Shown here piece by piece: positions 27,117 through 37,104 of a stretch of 54,519 bases of DNA. Below the pieces are notes generated by a model, which was given only the letters and a program-made list of their open reading frames with translations, did no database searches and was not told the DNA's origin. A program made the position numbers and the translations under genes. Where the stretch lies: positions 1 through 54,519 of the forward strand of contig CAZLLA010000001.1 of assembly GCA_964560315.1 (NCBI GenBank). The letters run 5' to 3'. Origin of the DNA: an uncultured Candidatus Saccharibacteria bacterium. GTDB lineage: Bacteria > Patescibacteriota > Saccharimonadia > Saccharimonadales > UBA4665. Numbering within the stretch: the stretch's first letter is position 1; every line of letters starts with the position of its first letter.

Positions 27117-28136
27117 TTATTCTTTAACGACTGAGTCAAGAACTTTCTTGGCAATTTCTAGCGTTACCTTCGGGTTATCTTGAAGATATTGTTTGGCGGC
27201 TTCCCGGCCCTGAGCGATATTTTGACCATTGTAGGTAAACCAAGCCCCGGCTTTGTCGACTATACCCCTAATCACAGCCTGATCGAGGATGTCTCCAGTA
27301 CGGGAAATACCTTGATCGTACATGATATCAAACTCGGCTTCGCGAAACGGTGGAGCAATCTTGTTTTTGACAACCTTAACTCGCGTTCGGTTGCCGACAA
27401 TAACCTCTCCTTGCTTAATTTGGCCAATGCGCCTAATGTCCATCCGGACTGAAGCATAAAACTTCAAGGCGTTACCGCCAGAGGTAGTCTCCGGATTACC
27501 GAACATAACGCCGATCTTCATACGAATCTGATTAATAAAGATGACTGTCGTTTTGGAACGGCTAATAACACTTGTCAATTTACGCAGCGCTTGACTCATC
27601 AGCCGAGCTTGAAGACCGGGTAAGCTTTCACCCATCTCACCCTCAATTTCAGCTCTTGGCACTAGCGCCGCAACGGAGTCTATGACGATCAAATCAACGG
27701 CATTGGAACGGACCAACGTTTCAGTAATCTCCAGGGCCTGTTCACCATTATCAGGTTGACTCAAAAGCAAGTTATCGACATCGACACCAATTTTTTTAGC
27801 ATAAGATGGATCAAGAGCATGCTCAGCGTCTATAAAAGCGGCGTTGCCGCCAGCTCGCTGGACTTCAGCAATCGCATGCAGCGCTAGTGTCGTCTTACCC
27901 GAAGATTCTGGACCATAGATTTCTACCACCCGCCCCTTAGGCAACCCGCCGCCCAAGGCTAAGTCGAGCGAGATACTACCCGATGGTACAGTTTCCACCT
28001 TGGTATGTGTTGACTCGCCGAGTTTCATAATGGAGCCCTTGCCGAACTGCTTTTCGATGCTATCAAGCGCTAAATCTAGTGCTTTGGCTTTACCCTCGGT
28101 GGCGGCAGCCGTTGATGGTTGTTTGTCTGTTGCCAT
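27117..28136 (-). CDS. recA: recombinase RecA
   Basis: 339 aa. Walker [10 protein letters not shown], plus [29 protein letters not shown] upstream. Confidence 0.97.
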   Translation of the reverse strand: MATDKQPSTAAATEGKAKALDLALDSIEKQFGKGSIMKLGESTHTKVETVPSGSISLDLALGGGLPKGRVVEIYGPESSGKTTLALHAIAEVQRAGGNAAFIDAEHALDPSYAKKIGVDVDNLLLSQPDNGEQALEITETLVRSNAVDLIVIDSVAALVPRAEIEGEMGESLPGLQARLMSQALRKLTSVISRSKTTVIFINQIRMKIGVMFGNPETTSGGNALKFYASVRMDIRRIGQIKQGEVIVGNRTRVKVVKNKIAPPFREAEFDIMYDQGISRTGDILDQAVIRGIVDKAGAWFTYNGQNIAQGREAAKQYLQDNPKVTLEIAKKVLDSVVKE

Positions 28137-28270
28137 AACCTTATACCTCCATAGTTACTGTAGCTATTTGCCACCCGATCGGACTATTTCTTTTCCATTA
28201 GTATACCAGACAAGTCAGCCCATGATAGACCAATTACCCCAGTAAAACGCTTCTGGTTTTTCTGGTTTGC

Positions 28271-28279
28271 TGCTAGAAT
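28271..28279 (+). promoter_or_regulatory. candidate extended -10 (TGCTAGAAT) for the pilB-pilC transcript
   Basis: Read directly, 78 nt upstream of the pilB ATG. The -35 is weak (TTCTGG). Confidence 0.3.
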
Positions 28280-28356
28280 AGCCTTAAACGTCATGATGGG
28301 CAGACTAAAATGTTAACAGCAGACAAAATAGCTATTGATGGTGGAACGAGTTTGAT

Positions 28357-30180
28357 ATGCGCATAGCCGATTCGCTGACCGAACAGCTCCTCAAAAAAGC
28401 TGACAAAAAAATTACCGACGAACAATTGGCTGACTTACGAAAACAAGAAGTCAGCGAAAAAAAGCCGCTCCAGGATTTAGCTATCAAAGATAATTTGATC
28501 AGCGAAAAAGAACTGACCAAGTTATACGCCGACGAAATTGAAGTCCCACTTATCGAGCTGAACGCTAAAGATATTAAACGCGAAGTTCTGAAATTATTAC
28601 CTGAAAGAATCGCTCGACAATATCACGCTGTAGTTTTTGATATTGACCAAGATAACACAAAACTAGTGGCCATGGAGGACCCGGATGACATCCAGGCCCT
28701 TAACTTTTTACAAAAGCAACTTAGCAATAACATCCGAGTTTACATTACGACCGACAGCCAACTGCAAGCGGCTCTTGACCAGTATCGGGAAAATGGCAGT
28801 ATCGGTAGCGAACTGACAAAAGTTATTTCGGGGGAGGACGAAGCAGACGATGCCGAAGAACCCGGCGAAGACGATCTGGCCGAGGACTCACCAATTGCTC
28901 AAACGGTTAACCTAATTATTGAGTACGGTGTCAAGTCAACAGCCAGTGATATTCATATAGAGCCGCGCGAGAATATAGTCGTTGTTCGTTACCGGATTGA
29001 TGGCATATTACGGGAAGTCAATAAACTGCCACGTAAGATGCTCAACGCTTTGGTGTCGAGAATCAAGATCTTGTCGAACTTAAAAATTGATGAACACCGA
29101 GCACCTCAGGACGGAAGGTTTAAAGTTCAGGTGGCGGGTAATTTATACGCTATCCGGGTTTCGGTTCTACCAATTGTCGATGGCGAGAAAGTGGTCATGC
29201 GTATCCTCAATGAATCAAACAAAGCGACCGGGTTAGCTGACCTAGGTTTTTGGGGTGCCGCCAAGGATACCCTGCAACGGGCCATTATCCAGCCTCACGG
29301 CATGGTTTTGGTAACCGGACCAACCGGGTCTGGAAAATCTACTACCCTATTTAGTGTCTTAAGTATGCTTAATACCCCGACCGTTAATATTTCCACAGTT
29401 GAAGACCCGGTCGAATACCGTATACCTGGTGTCAATCAAACTCAGGTCAACCCAATTGCCGGCATGACATTCAGTAATGGTTTGCGAGCTATGCTGCGTC
29501 AAGATCCTAATATTATTATGGTCGGCGAAATCCGTGACGGTGAAACTGCTGAGTTAGCTGTTCAGGCAGCCTTGACTGGGCATTTGGTTTTTTCAACACT
29601 GCATACTAACAACGCTGCCACTTGTTTGCCACGTTTACTGGATATGCATGTCGAGCCTTTTCTGATTGCCAGCACAGTACGGGCTGTCATCGGCCAACGA
29701 CTAGTCCGTCGTCTCTGTGTGGAATGCCGCGAATTATTGGTCCCTGATGAAACCGAGCTACAACATATCGAAAAAGTATTTCATCTGGAAACTGCTGCCA
29801 ACATGAAACATATCAACGAGCTGGAGAAACAAGCACTGGACGGTGGCATTGGGCGACCCCACACCGCCAAAAACACCAAAAATGACCAGACAACAGAACT
29901 AAGTACAAGCGAGAGTGGCATCAAACGGCTTTGGAAAGCTCACGATGATGGTTGTGTGGTCTGCAATCATTCTGGCTACCGCGGTCGAATCGGTATTTAT
30001 GAGGTTTTACATAATTCCGAGGAGATTCAAAAATTAATTGTATCTAACAGCACCAGTGACAATATTCAAAAGGCAGCTATCGATGAAGGTATGCTAACTA
30101 TGCAGCTTGATGGATTTATTAAAGCTTTACGCGGCGAGACAACTATTGAAGAAATATTACGTGCCACTTCGGAAGAATAA
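28357..30180 (+). CDS. pilB: type IV pilus assembly ATPase PilB (GspE family)
   Basis: 607 aa. N-terminal GSPII_E_N-like domain, Walker A GPTGSGKST, Asp/His boxes, tetracysteine CVECRE...CVVCNHSGYRGR. Confidence 0.9.
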   Translation: MRIADSLTEQLLKKADKKITDEQLADLRKQEVSEKKPLQDLAIKDNLISEKELTKLYADEIEVPLIELNAKDIKREVLKLLPERIARQYHAVVFDIDQDNTKLVAMEDPDDIQALNFLQKQLSNNIRVYITTDSQLQAALDQYRENGSIGSELTKVISGEDEADDAEEPGEDDLAEDSPIAQTVNLIIEYGVKSTASDIHIEPRENIVVVRYRIDGILREVNKLPRKMLNALVSRIKILSNLKIDEHRAPQDGRFKVQVAGNLYAIRVSVLPIVDGEKVVMRILNESNKATGLADLGFWGAAKDTLQRAIIQPHGMVLVTGPTGSGKSTTLFSVLSMLNTPTVNISTVEDPVEYRIPGVNQTQVNPIAGMTFSNGLRAMLRQDPNIIMVGEIRDGETAELAVQAALTGHLVFSTLHTNNAATCLPRLLDMHVEPFLIASTVRAVIGQRLVRRLCVECRELLVPDETELQHIEKVFHLETAANMKHINELEKQALDGGIGRPHTAKNTKNDQTTELSTSESGIKRLWKAHDDGCVVCNHSGYRGRIGIYEVLHNSEEIQKLIVSNSTSDNIQKAAIDEGMLTMQLDGFIKALRGETTIEEILRATSEE

Positions 30181-30182
30181 CC

Positions 30183-31472
30183 ATGCGTTTTAGTTATAAA
30201 GCAATCGATCATGAAGGTAAAACTATTAGCGGTTTCTATGAAGCATCGGACCGTGACGTGTTAATTGCTGCCTTGAACAAACAGGATCTTCGACCGATAT
30301 TGATCAAGTTGGATACTGCCACGGTTGGCAAAAAAGGGGTTAGTAACATTTTCCGTCCGAAAGTTAAATTAAAAGATTTAGTGATATTTAACCGTCAATT
30401 GTCGACGTTAATATCAGCCGGGGTACCGCTACCACGTTCTTTGGCAACACTCGGCTCCCAGACTGAGAATAAATACTTCAAGTCGGTGATTGCCAGTCTA
30501 GCCAAAGATATCGAAGCTGGACTACCACTTGGCGAAGCCTTTGCTAAGTTTCCAGACGTTTTCTCTGATGTTTACGTTAACATGGTCAAGGCTGGTGAGG
30601 CTGGCGGTATTCTGGAAGAAATATTAAAACGCCTCGCCTATCAAGCCGAGAAAGATGCCACCATTCGTAAAAAAATTAAAGGCGCCATGGCTTATCCGAC
30701 CGTTATTATGACTATCACTGTTATCGCTTTTTTCTTTATTATGACGTTTATTATTCCCAAACTAGGTAACATTTTTACCCAGTTGGCGGGGCCTGGTGCC
30801 AAACTGCCAATCTATACTCTAGCTATGCTAGGCATTAGCAACTTTTGTATTGGCAGTAACGTTATTCGGGCCATACCGGGGTTGAATCTGCTGCCAGTCA
30901 TCAATAGAACGCCCAATTTATTGTTCTTGATCGTCCTGGTAGTCATCATTGTTGCTTACCTGTTGCGCTATATTAGAACACCGAAGGGCAAGTTTCGTTA
31001 TCACAGTCTGCTCTTGAAAATACCAATTTTAAATACCATCATTATTAAAATATCTGTTGCTCGCTTTGCTAGAACATTTTCATCGTTAACTTCATCCGGC
31101 GTGACTGTGCTTGACGCTCTCGAAGTAACTGGTGGCGCTCTAGGTAACAAAGTCATCGAAGCTGAGCTAATAGCGGCCGCTAAAGAGGTTCGGAATGGTA
31201 AACCGCTTAGTGAACCACTTAGTAAAAGTAAAATTTTCCCGCCAATTGTCGCTCAAATGCTCGCTGTAGGCGAAGAAACTGGACAAATTGACACTATTCT
31301 GGTTAAAATTGCTGACTTTTATGAAGAGGATGTTGATACAGTTATTGATTCATTAAGCGCCATCATTGAACCGATTATGATTATCATATTGGGGTCGATT
31401 GTTGGTCTAATCGCGCTCAGTGTTATGGGGCCGATTGCGACACTGAGCCAGAAGATTAGTCCAACAGATTAG
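30183..31472 (+). CDS. pilC: type IV pilus platform protein PilC (T2SS-F family)
   Basis: 429 aa. Duplicated T2SSF domains (FNRQLSTLISAGVPL...; FARTFSSLTSSGVTVLDAL). 3-4 TMs. Confidence 0.9.
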   Translation: MRFSYKAIDHEGKTISGFYEASDRDVLIAALNKQDLRPILIKLDTATVGKKGVSNIFRPKVKLKDLVIFNRQLSTLISAGVPLPRSLATLGSQTENKYFKSVIASLAKDIEAGLPLGEAFAKFPDVFSDVYVNMVKAGEAGGILEEILKRLAYQAEKDATIRKKIKGAMAYPTVIMTITVIAFFFIMTFIIPKLGNIFTQLAGPGAKLPIYTLAMLGISNFCIGSNVIRAIPGLNLLPVINRTPNLLFLIVLVVIIVAYLLRYIRTPKGKFRYHSLLLKIPILNTIIIKISVARFARTFSSLTSSGVTVLDALEVTGGALGNKVIEAELIAAAKEVRNGKPLSEPLSKSKIFPPIVAQMLAVGEETGQIDTILVKIADFYEEDVDTVIDSLSAIIEPIMIIILGSIVGLIALSVMGPIATLSQKISPTD

Positions 31473-31527
31473 TCGAAATCAAGCCCTTAATGCGAAAACT
31501 AAAATTTGTACACACCCGGACAGATGC

Positions 31528-31555
31528 TTGACTAGATTTAGCTTATGGTTATAAT
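31528..31555 (+). promoter_or_regulatory. strong sigma70-type promoter of the major pilin gene
   Basis: TTGACT (31528-31533), 16-nt spacer, TATAAT (31550-31555). SD AAGGAGGG at 31637-31644. Confidence 0.65.
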
Positions 31556-31568
31556 CAAGGCAGATACT

Positions 31569-31601
31569 GATACTTCTCTGGCAACAGAGACAATAAGTAT
31601 C
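31569..31601 (+). other. 5'-UTR hairpin in pilin leader
   Basis: GATACTT-CTCTG-GCAA-CAGAG-ACAAT-AAGTATC, two stacked helices, read directly. Confidence 0.35.
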
Positions 31602-31652
31602 ATCGTTACCAAAACGATCAAGAACAATTAAATATAAGGAGGGTGGGCTCTT

Positions 31653-32186
31653 ATGATCTCACTGAAAAAACAAAAGGGTTTCACAATCGTGGAACTGCTA
31701 ATCGTCATTATTGTCATCGGCATTTTGGCAACGCTGGTCTTAGTGACATATGCGGGTGTCCAAGCGAAAGCTCGTGATACCAAACGACAAACGGATATTG
31801 ATGCGCTTCAAAGCCATCTCGAGACGTTTTATGCACAGTACGGTTTCTATCCGACTCTGTGTGATTTGCAAACTATAAGCTATGGCTTCACAGCCAACTG
31901 TAATACTAGTGCTGGAGCTACTCTAGCTACTAGCTTTGTTGAGACTTTCATGCAAGGTCTTGACCCAAGTGGACTAGTTAGCCCATCGGGTGGCGCAATT
32001 GCCGCAACTGCGACAAGTACTGGTGGTTACTCCTACGGTTACGTGGCTACGGGTACTGGTTGTACTAATACCACTGCCACAACTATTACCGGTGGCGTGC
32101 CCCAAAACAACGGCTGTACAGCGTTCACACTGACTGCCGATCTGGAAGCTAGTTCAACGCCGTTCGTCAAGAATAGCTTGACCTAA
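31653..32186 (+). CDS. pilA: major type IV pilin
   Basis: Class III signal MISLKKQKG|FTIVELLIVI (G-1, F+1, E+5). 177 aa. C-terminal Cys pair (CTNTT...GC). Own promoter and terminator. Confidence 0.85.
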   Translation: MISLKKQKGFTIVELLIVIIVIGILATLVLVTYAGVQAKARDTKRQTDIDALQSHLETFYAQYGFYPTLCDLQTISYGFTANCNTSAGATLATSFVETFMQGLDPSGLVSPSGGAIAATATSTGGYSYGYVATGTGCTNTTATTITGGVPQNNGCTAFTLTADLEASSTPFVKNSLT

Positions 32187-32212
32187 ACTCTAGGCTAAGT
32201 CATCGCCAAACA

Positions 32213-32240
32213 AAAAACCGGGGTTTTTGCCCCGGTTTTT
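32213..32240 (+). terminator. rho-independent terminator after the major pilin gene
   Basis: AAAAACCGGGG-TTTTTG-CCCCGGTTTTT: 6 GC pairs extended by A/U pairs, then a U-run. TATAAT follows at 32242-32247. Confidence 0.8.
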
Positions 32241-32260
32241 GTATAATAAGCATAGCCATC

Positions 32261-32659
32261 ATGAAATTAGAAAAAGATAATGCCGGTTTTACGATCATTG
32301 AATTAATAGTTACCATTTTAGTTTTCGGCTTCGTGGCAGCTGGTTTGACAGAAGTATTTTTAAGCGTTACTAATGTTCAACGTAATGCTGGCTACCTGCA
32401 GAATGCCACCACCGCCGCTCAAACCGAAGTTGAGTCACTCAGAAACAACAACTACGATCAGTTGCCAAATGGCCAAAATATCAACTTCACCAGTCAACTA
32501 CCTAGTAATCTACCGGCGCCACGCAGCGGTACTGTGGCGATAAGTCAACCTATCGCAGGCGTTAAACGGGTGGATGTGACGATTACTTATACCCAGGATG
32601 GCCACACTGAGACAGTCGAGCTCAGTTCGCTAATAGGTATCATCGGTATATCGCAATGA
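32261..32659 (+). CDS. minor (pseudo)pilin
   Basis: Prepilin signal MKLEKDNAG|FTIIELIVTIL. 132 aa. Confidence 0.75.
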   Translation: MKLEKDNAGFTIIELIVTILVFGFVAAGLTEVFLSVTNVQRNAGYLQNATTAAQTEVESLRNNNYDQLPNGQNINFTSQLPSNLPAPRSGTVAISQPIAGVKRVDVTITYTQDGHTETVELSSLIGIIGISQ

Positions 32660-33324
32660 ACAGAACGTCAGCCGAACGTGGTTTCACTATTGTTGAGTTA
32701 TTGATTGCCATCACAGTCAGCGTTATATTGTCGGGTGTTATTTTAGGCTTCATGGCTGGCGAGATTGACCAGAGTACTGTCGCCACAGCCAAAGCCGCAC
32801 TATTAAACCAGGCTGAAGTCGGACTAGGCCGGGTGAATACTGACGTTCGCTTATCATCTAACGCTGATGATCAGAACCGCTGGCCTGATTCGTACGCCCC
32901 TGTCACTGGCAACGCCTACAGCTGGGCGTCCAACAGCTCCACCCTCATACTGGCGACTGCAGCCGAAGGTCCAAACTATAGTATTCTGTGGCAAGACGCC
33001 AATGAATATATCCCTTATAAAAATAATCTTATTTACTTTGTTAAAAACGGTACACTGTATAAGCGAACGCTAGCCGCACCGGAAAGTGGCAATGTGGTTA
33101 AGACTTCTTGTCCGGCTCAATACGCCTCTAGTTCTTGTCCAGCCGATGAGATTGTTTTAAGCAATGTTTCGTCCTTTACTGTCACCTACCTAGACGGTAA
33201 CGGCAATAGCATAACCCCATCCAGTGCTCGTTCGATAGTTTTACAAATTTCACTGTCAGAAAAATCATTCGGTCAGATAATTAATGCGTCGTATACTACA
33301 CAAATGGTATTCCGCGATGATTAA
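32656..33324 (+). CDS. minor (pseudo)pilin, PilW-like
   Basis: Prepilin signal MNRTSAERG|FTIVELLIAI. 222 aa. ATGA overlap with the upstream gene. Confidence 0.75.
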   Translation: MNRTSAERGFTIVELLIAITVSVILSGVILGFMAGEIDQSTVATAKAALLNQAEVGLGRVNTDVRLSSNADDQNRWPDSYAPVTGNAYSWASNSSTLILATAAEGPNYSILWQDANEYIPYKNNLIYFVKNGTLYKRTLAAPESGNVVKTSCPAQYASSSCPADEIVLSNVSSFTVTYLDGNGNSITPSSARSIVLQISLSEKSFGQIINASYTTQMVFRDD

Positions 33325-34750
33325 AACTTTTAAAAAAATCAGCCGATCATTATTCAGTCATCTGGATCGTCAGAGTGGTTACATACTAGTGGCCGTGCTT
33401 TGGATCTCGATTGTTTTGACACTCATTGCTATCGCTTTACTCAGCGGCGGCTCTGACCAATACGCACTTGCTAGTGATAATTTCTATACCACCGATGCAC
33501 TTTACACTGCCGAAGCCGGTATCGAACAATCAATCAGTCAACTTAATCAAAGCGGCAGCTTTACGGGTTACTCAACCAACCAGACATTTTTCAACAACAG
33601 TAGCCAAGGTCTTGGTACATTCACTACAACTATCGCCAATGTAGCTGGCAGCAATGCTAAGACTATAACCTCAACAGGTGTCACCTACCGACTAGGTAAC
33701 CCCATACCGGTTGCCTCGCGAACAGTTAAAGTAACCGTGGTTGGCACCAGTTCAAGTAGCAATTCAGTGATCAGTGGCCCAGGTGGTTTGATTCTCAGTG
33801 GCAGTGCCAATATCACCAACGGTCCAGTTTATGTTAATGGCACGATATCCATGAGTGGGGCGGCTCAAATTGGCACCAGCTCCCAACCATTAGTGGTTAA
33901 TGTAGCTAACGACGCTTGTCCTACCGGCTCAAGCCCGGGATCAACTTATCCCCAAATTTGTATCACTACTCAACCGATTTCACTAGCCTATAGTACTGAT
34001 ATTTACGGAACGGTTTGTGCCACTGGCCAAACCTCCGACGGACCCGCCGGGAACAATATCCAGGGCGGCAGTGGCGATCTTGGTCTTGAGGCTGGCTGTA
34101 CGGCTCCAGTCGTCTCGCCACCAACTTACAATCGCGCCAGCCAAATAAGTGCTGTTACTACAACCGCTTCCGGAACTAGCAATACTTATACTTGTCAGCA
34201 ATATCCATATAATCGTACTTGGCCGGCCAATCTAGAACTAACAGGTAACGTGACGATTGGTGGCAGTTGTGATGTGACCATTGATGGCAACGCTTATATT
34301 TCCGGTAGTCTCAATATCGGTGGTGCTTCAAATATAACGGTTGCCAACAGTGTCGGTACCACTACCCCGGTAGTAATCGTTGACGGCACGATAACAGTCG
34401 GTGGCTCAGCTGCCATGATCGCCAACAGTAGCGGAACTGGTATAGAATTTATTAGTTTTGATAGCGCCGCTGCGTGCGGTGCAACTTGCACAAGTTTGTC
34501 CGGCAATGACCTATACAAGTCCTCGCAATTAACAACTGTAAATATTGGCGGAGCGGTTAGTTTACCAGGGATGATTTTTCAGGCTTACTGGGGTGAATTG
34601 GTGTTGGGTGGCAGCGGTCACATCGGAGCAGTCGCCGGTCAAACTATCAACATGAGCGGCGCAGGTACCATCGTCTTCGGAACGACTCTTTCATCTGGAA
34701 CCAGTACATGGACCATCACTAGCTACCAACAATTGCCATCTGCCCCTTAA
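33317..34750 (+). CDS. large PilX-like minor pilin / putative tip-associated beta-helix protein
   Basis: Start placed at ATG 33317 (overlaps the upstream stop). Hydrophobic N-terminus SGYILVAVLWISIVLTLIAIAL without E+5. G/S/T/N-rich with periodic G-x-x-x-I/V-x-G repeats suggesting a beta-helix. Confidence 0.6.
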   Translation: MIKTFKKISRSLFSHLDRQSGYILVAVLWISIVLTLIAIALLSGGSDQYALASDNFYTTDALYTAEAGIEQSISQLNQSGSFTGYSTNQTFFNNSSQGLGTFTTTIANVAGSNAKTITSTGVTYRLGNPIPVASRTVKVTVVGTSSSSNSVISGPGGLILSGSANITNGPVYVNGTISMSGAAQIGTSSQPLVVNVANDACPTGSSPGSTYPQICITTQPISLAYSTDIYGTVCATGQTSDGPAGNNIQGGSGDLGLEAGCTAPVVSPPTYNRASQISAVTTTASGTSNTYTCQQYPYNRTWPANLELTGNVTIGGSCDVTIDGNAYISGSLNIGGASNITVANSVGTTTPVVIVDGTITVGGSAAMIANSSGTGIEFISFDSAAACGATCTSLSGNDLYKSSQLTTVNIGGAVSLPGMIFQAYWGELVLGGSGHIGAVAGQTINMSGAGTIVFGTTLSSGTSTWTITSYQQLPSAP

Positions 34751-34810
34751 CCAGTAAAGTCGGCTCATCTGATAGAAAATGATATACTTACAGCTAAAGG
34801 TTGACGCTTG

Positions 34811-35890
34811 ATGGGCAGCACAAACATACCGACTTTATTAAGAAATAAACCAGTTTTTGGTCTTGATGTTGGGCATAGTTCGCTAAAAGTTATGCAGGTG
34901 GAGCAATCTACTACCAATTCGCCAACACCTCGTTTGATCGGTTACGGAACAATTACTTTTGACACCGCGGCGCTAAATGACGGTGTTATTGTTAAGCCTG
35001 AAATTATTGCCGAAGCTTTGTCGCATTTGTTTAAACATCAACTAATTGGCGACATTACGACGCGCCGAGTTGCTATGACCATCCCCTCATATCGTTCTTT
35101 CTCTCGTTCCATGCAGTTACCTAAATTATCTTCCAAAGACTTGCGTGAGGCAGTCAAGTTAGAGGCCGAGCAATATATTCCCTTACCACTTGACGACTTG
35201 TATCTCGATTACACCATCACCCAGGTCGGCAAAGAAATGGATGATTTGCTAGCTGTCGCTGTACCCAAAGAAATCGTCGATTCATACCTAACCCTAGCCC
35301 GACTGGTAGACTTGGAGATCATATTATTAGAAACTACAATGGCAGCTGATTCTCGATTGTTCGCTCATGATAAATCCCATGACTATACCAGCGTTATTAT
35401 TGATTTTGGATCACTGTCGGCAGACATTAGTATTTTTAATAAGAACACCCTCGTCACCGGTACTGTACCAGCTGGTGGGCTGGTCTTTACTGACAGTATT
35501 AAGGAAAGTTTGAAAGTAACAATGGCCGAGGCTGGTGTTATTAAGACAAAGTACGGCTTAAGCTTAAGCAAAAAACAACGTGAGATTACGAGTTCGCTCA
35601 AACCAACCTTACAAAAACTGACTAAGGAAATACAACGTATGATCCGTTATCATGAGGAGCATTACGGGTCAGAAAAACCGATTGAGCAAGTCATCATGCT
35701 CGGTGGTGGCTCAAACATGCCGGGTTTAAGTGAATATTTAACCGACTCCTTGCGCTTGCCGGTGAGCGTGCGTAACCCGTGGCAATATCTAGACTACAAA
35801 GGTTTTCAAACGCCCAACAAGGCTGATCAGTTGATGTATGCTACAGTGGCTGGTTTGTCACTAGTCAATCCGAAAGAGATATTCGCATGA
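34811..35890 (+). CDS. pilM: type IV pilus assembly protein PilM (actin-like ATPase fold)
   Basis: About 359 aa. FGLDVGHSSLKVMQV N-terminus and GGGSNMPGL C-terminal motif. The ORF-track start at 34808 is TTG; the ATG is at 34811. Confidence 0.8.
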   Translation: MGSTNIPTLLRNKPVFGLDVGHSSLKVMQVEQSTTNSPTPRLIGYGTITFDTAALNDGVIVKPEIIAEALSHLFKHQLIGDITTRRVAMTIPSYRSFSRSMQLPKLSSKDLREAVKLEAEQYIPLPLDDLYLDYTITQVGKEMDDLLAVAVPKEIVDSYLTLARLVDLEIILLETTMAADSRLFAHDKSHDYTSVIIDFGSLSADISIFNKNTLVTGTVPAGGLVFTDSIKESLKVTMAEAGVIKTKYGLSLSKKQREITSSLKPTLQKLTKEIQRMIRYHEEHYGSEKPIEQVIMLGGGSNMPGLSEYLTDSLRLPVSVRNPWQYLDYKGFQTPNKADQLMYATVAGLSLVNPKEIFA

Positions 35891-36495
35891 TTAACTTACT
35901 ACCGCCAGAACTCAAACAGTCTTATCGTTATGCCTATCGTAACGTTTCTCTGGTGCGTTGGGCTGTAGCCTTTGGACTGAGTTTTATTGGTTTGGTTATC
36001 ATCAGTACGGCAGGACTTATCTTCATGCAGCAAACTACTCAAACTTATGCCACGCAAGTCACAGACGAACAAAATTTATTGAACCAGCAAAAGTTGTCAT
36101 CAACTCAAACCCAAGTCCAAAATATCAGTAACAACTTGAAGTTAGCCGTTCAGGTATTGTCACAAGAAGTTCTGTTTTCAAAACTGCTAGAGCAGCTGGC
36201 TATTGTTACACCCAGCAACGCCATTTTAACCAACCTTGATCTCAGTCAGTCTGAAACTGGGGTTACTATTACTGCCTTAACTTCTAGCTATAGTGTTGCA
36301 ACCCAGCTTCAAATCAACTTGGCCTCCCCAGCCAACAAAATTTTTAGTAACGCCGATATCGTTAGCATTAATTGTCTGTCACCGTCAGAGTCCTCTGGTG
36401 AACAAACTACACAACAATATCCCTGCACCGCAATCATCCGTGCTTTGTTTGTTACCAATAATCCTTTTCTATTTATTAATAATAGCGGGCAGTAA
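35887..36495 (+). CDS. pilN: PilN-like bitopic pilus alignment protein
   Basis: MINLLPPE N-terminus typical of PilN. One TM. 202 aa. ATGA overlap with pilM. Confidence 0.7.
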   Translation: MINLLPPELKQSYRYAYRNVSLVRWAVAFGLSFIGLVIISTAGLIFMQQTTQTYATQVTDEQNLLNQQKLSSTQTQVQNISNNLKLAVQVLSQEVLFSKLLEQLAIVTPSNAILTNLDLSQSETGVTITALTSSYSVATQLQINLASPANKIFSNADIVSINCLSPSESSGEQTTQQYPCTAIIRALFVTNNPFLFINNSGQ

Positions 36496-36498
36496 ATT

Positions 36499-37104
36499 AT
36501 GACCAGTAAACACCTATACTTCGGGATGATCGCTATAATCGTTTTGCTGATTGGCGGTTTAGTTGTCGGCGCTTATGGTGCTGATCAACTGTTGCAAGCT
36601 CAGTCAGCCCAACTTGTCAGTAATCGTTTACAGACCTCCGTTCTGGCCCAAGAACAAACGGAACTTATCCAGGCAAAACAAGACGTTAAGAAATACCAAA
36701 ATCTGGCCACAATTGCTCAAAGCATTGTACCTCAAGACAAGGATCAAGCTGAAACAGTCTTACAGATCGTTAATATCGCCAGCGAAAACGGCGTCGCACT
36801 AGCTTCAATTACCTTTCCGTCTTCATCCTTAGGACTGCAAACCGGCCAACCCGCGAGTAGTTCCAGTATTAGTTTGTCACAGTTGACTCCAGTCACGGGC
36901 ATCCCGGGAGTTTATGACCTACAACTGGTCATTCAATCTGATACCGCCAACCCAGTACCATACAGTAATTTTATCGGCTTCTTGAGCGCCCTAGAGAACA
37001 ACCGCCGGACAGCTCTAATCAGTGACGTCTCGATTCAACCCAACGCTCAAGACCGTAACACGTTAACCTTTTCATTAACTCTAGACGAGTATGTTAAGCC
37101 ATGA
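36499..37104 (+). CDS. pilO: PilO-like bitopic pilus alignment protein
   Basis: 201 aa. N-terminal TM, coiled coil, then a ferredoxin-like C-terminal part. Position after pilN. Confidence 0.6.
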   Translation: MTSKHLYFGMIAIIVLLIGGLVVGAYGADQLLQAQSAQLVSNRLQTSVLAQEQTELIQAKQDVKKYQNLATIAQSIVPQDKDQAETVLQIVNIASENGVALASITFPSSSLGLQTGQPASSSSISLSQLTPVTGIPGVYDLQLVIQSDTANPVPYSNFIGFLSALENNRRTALISDVSIQPNAQDRNTLTFSLTLDEYVKP

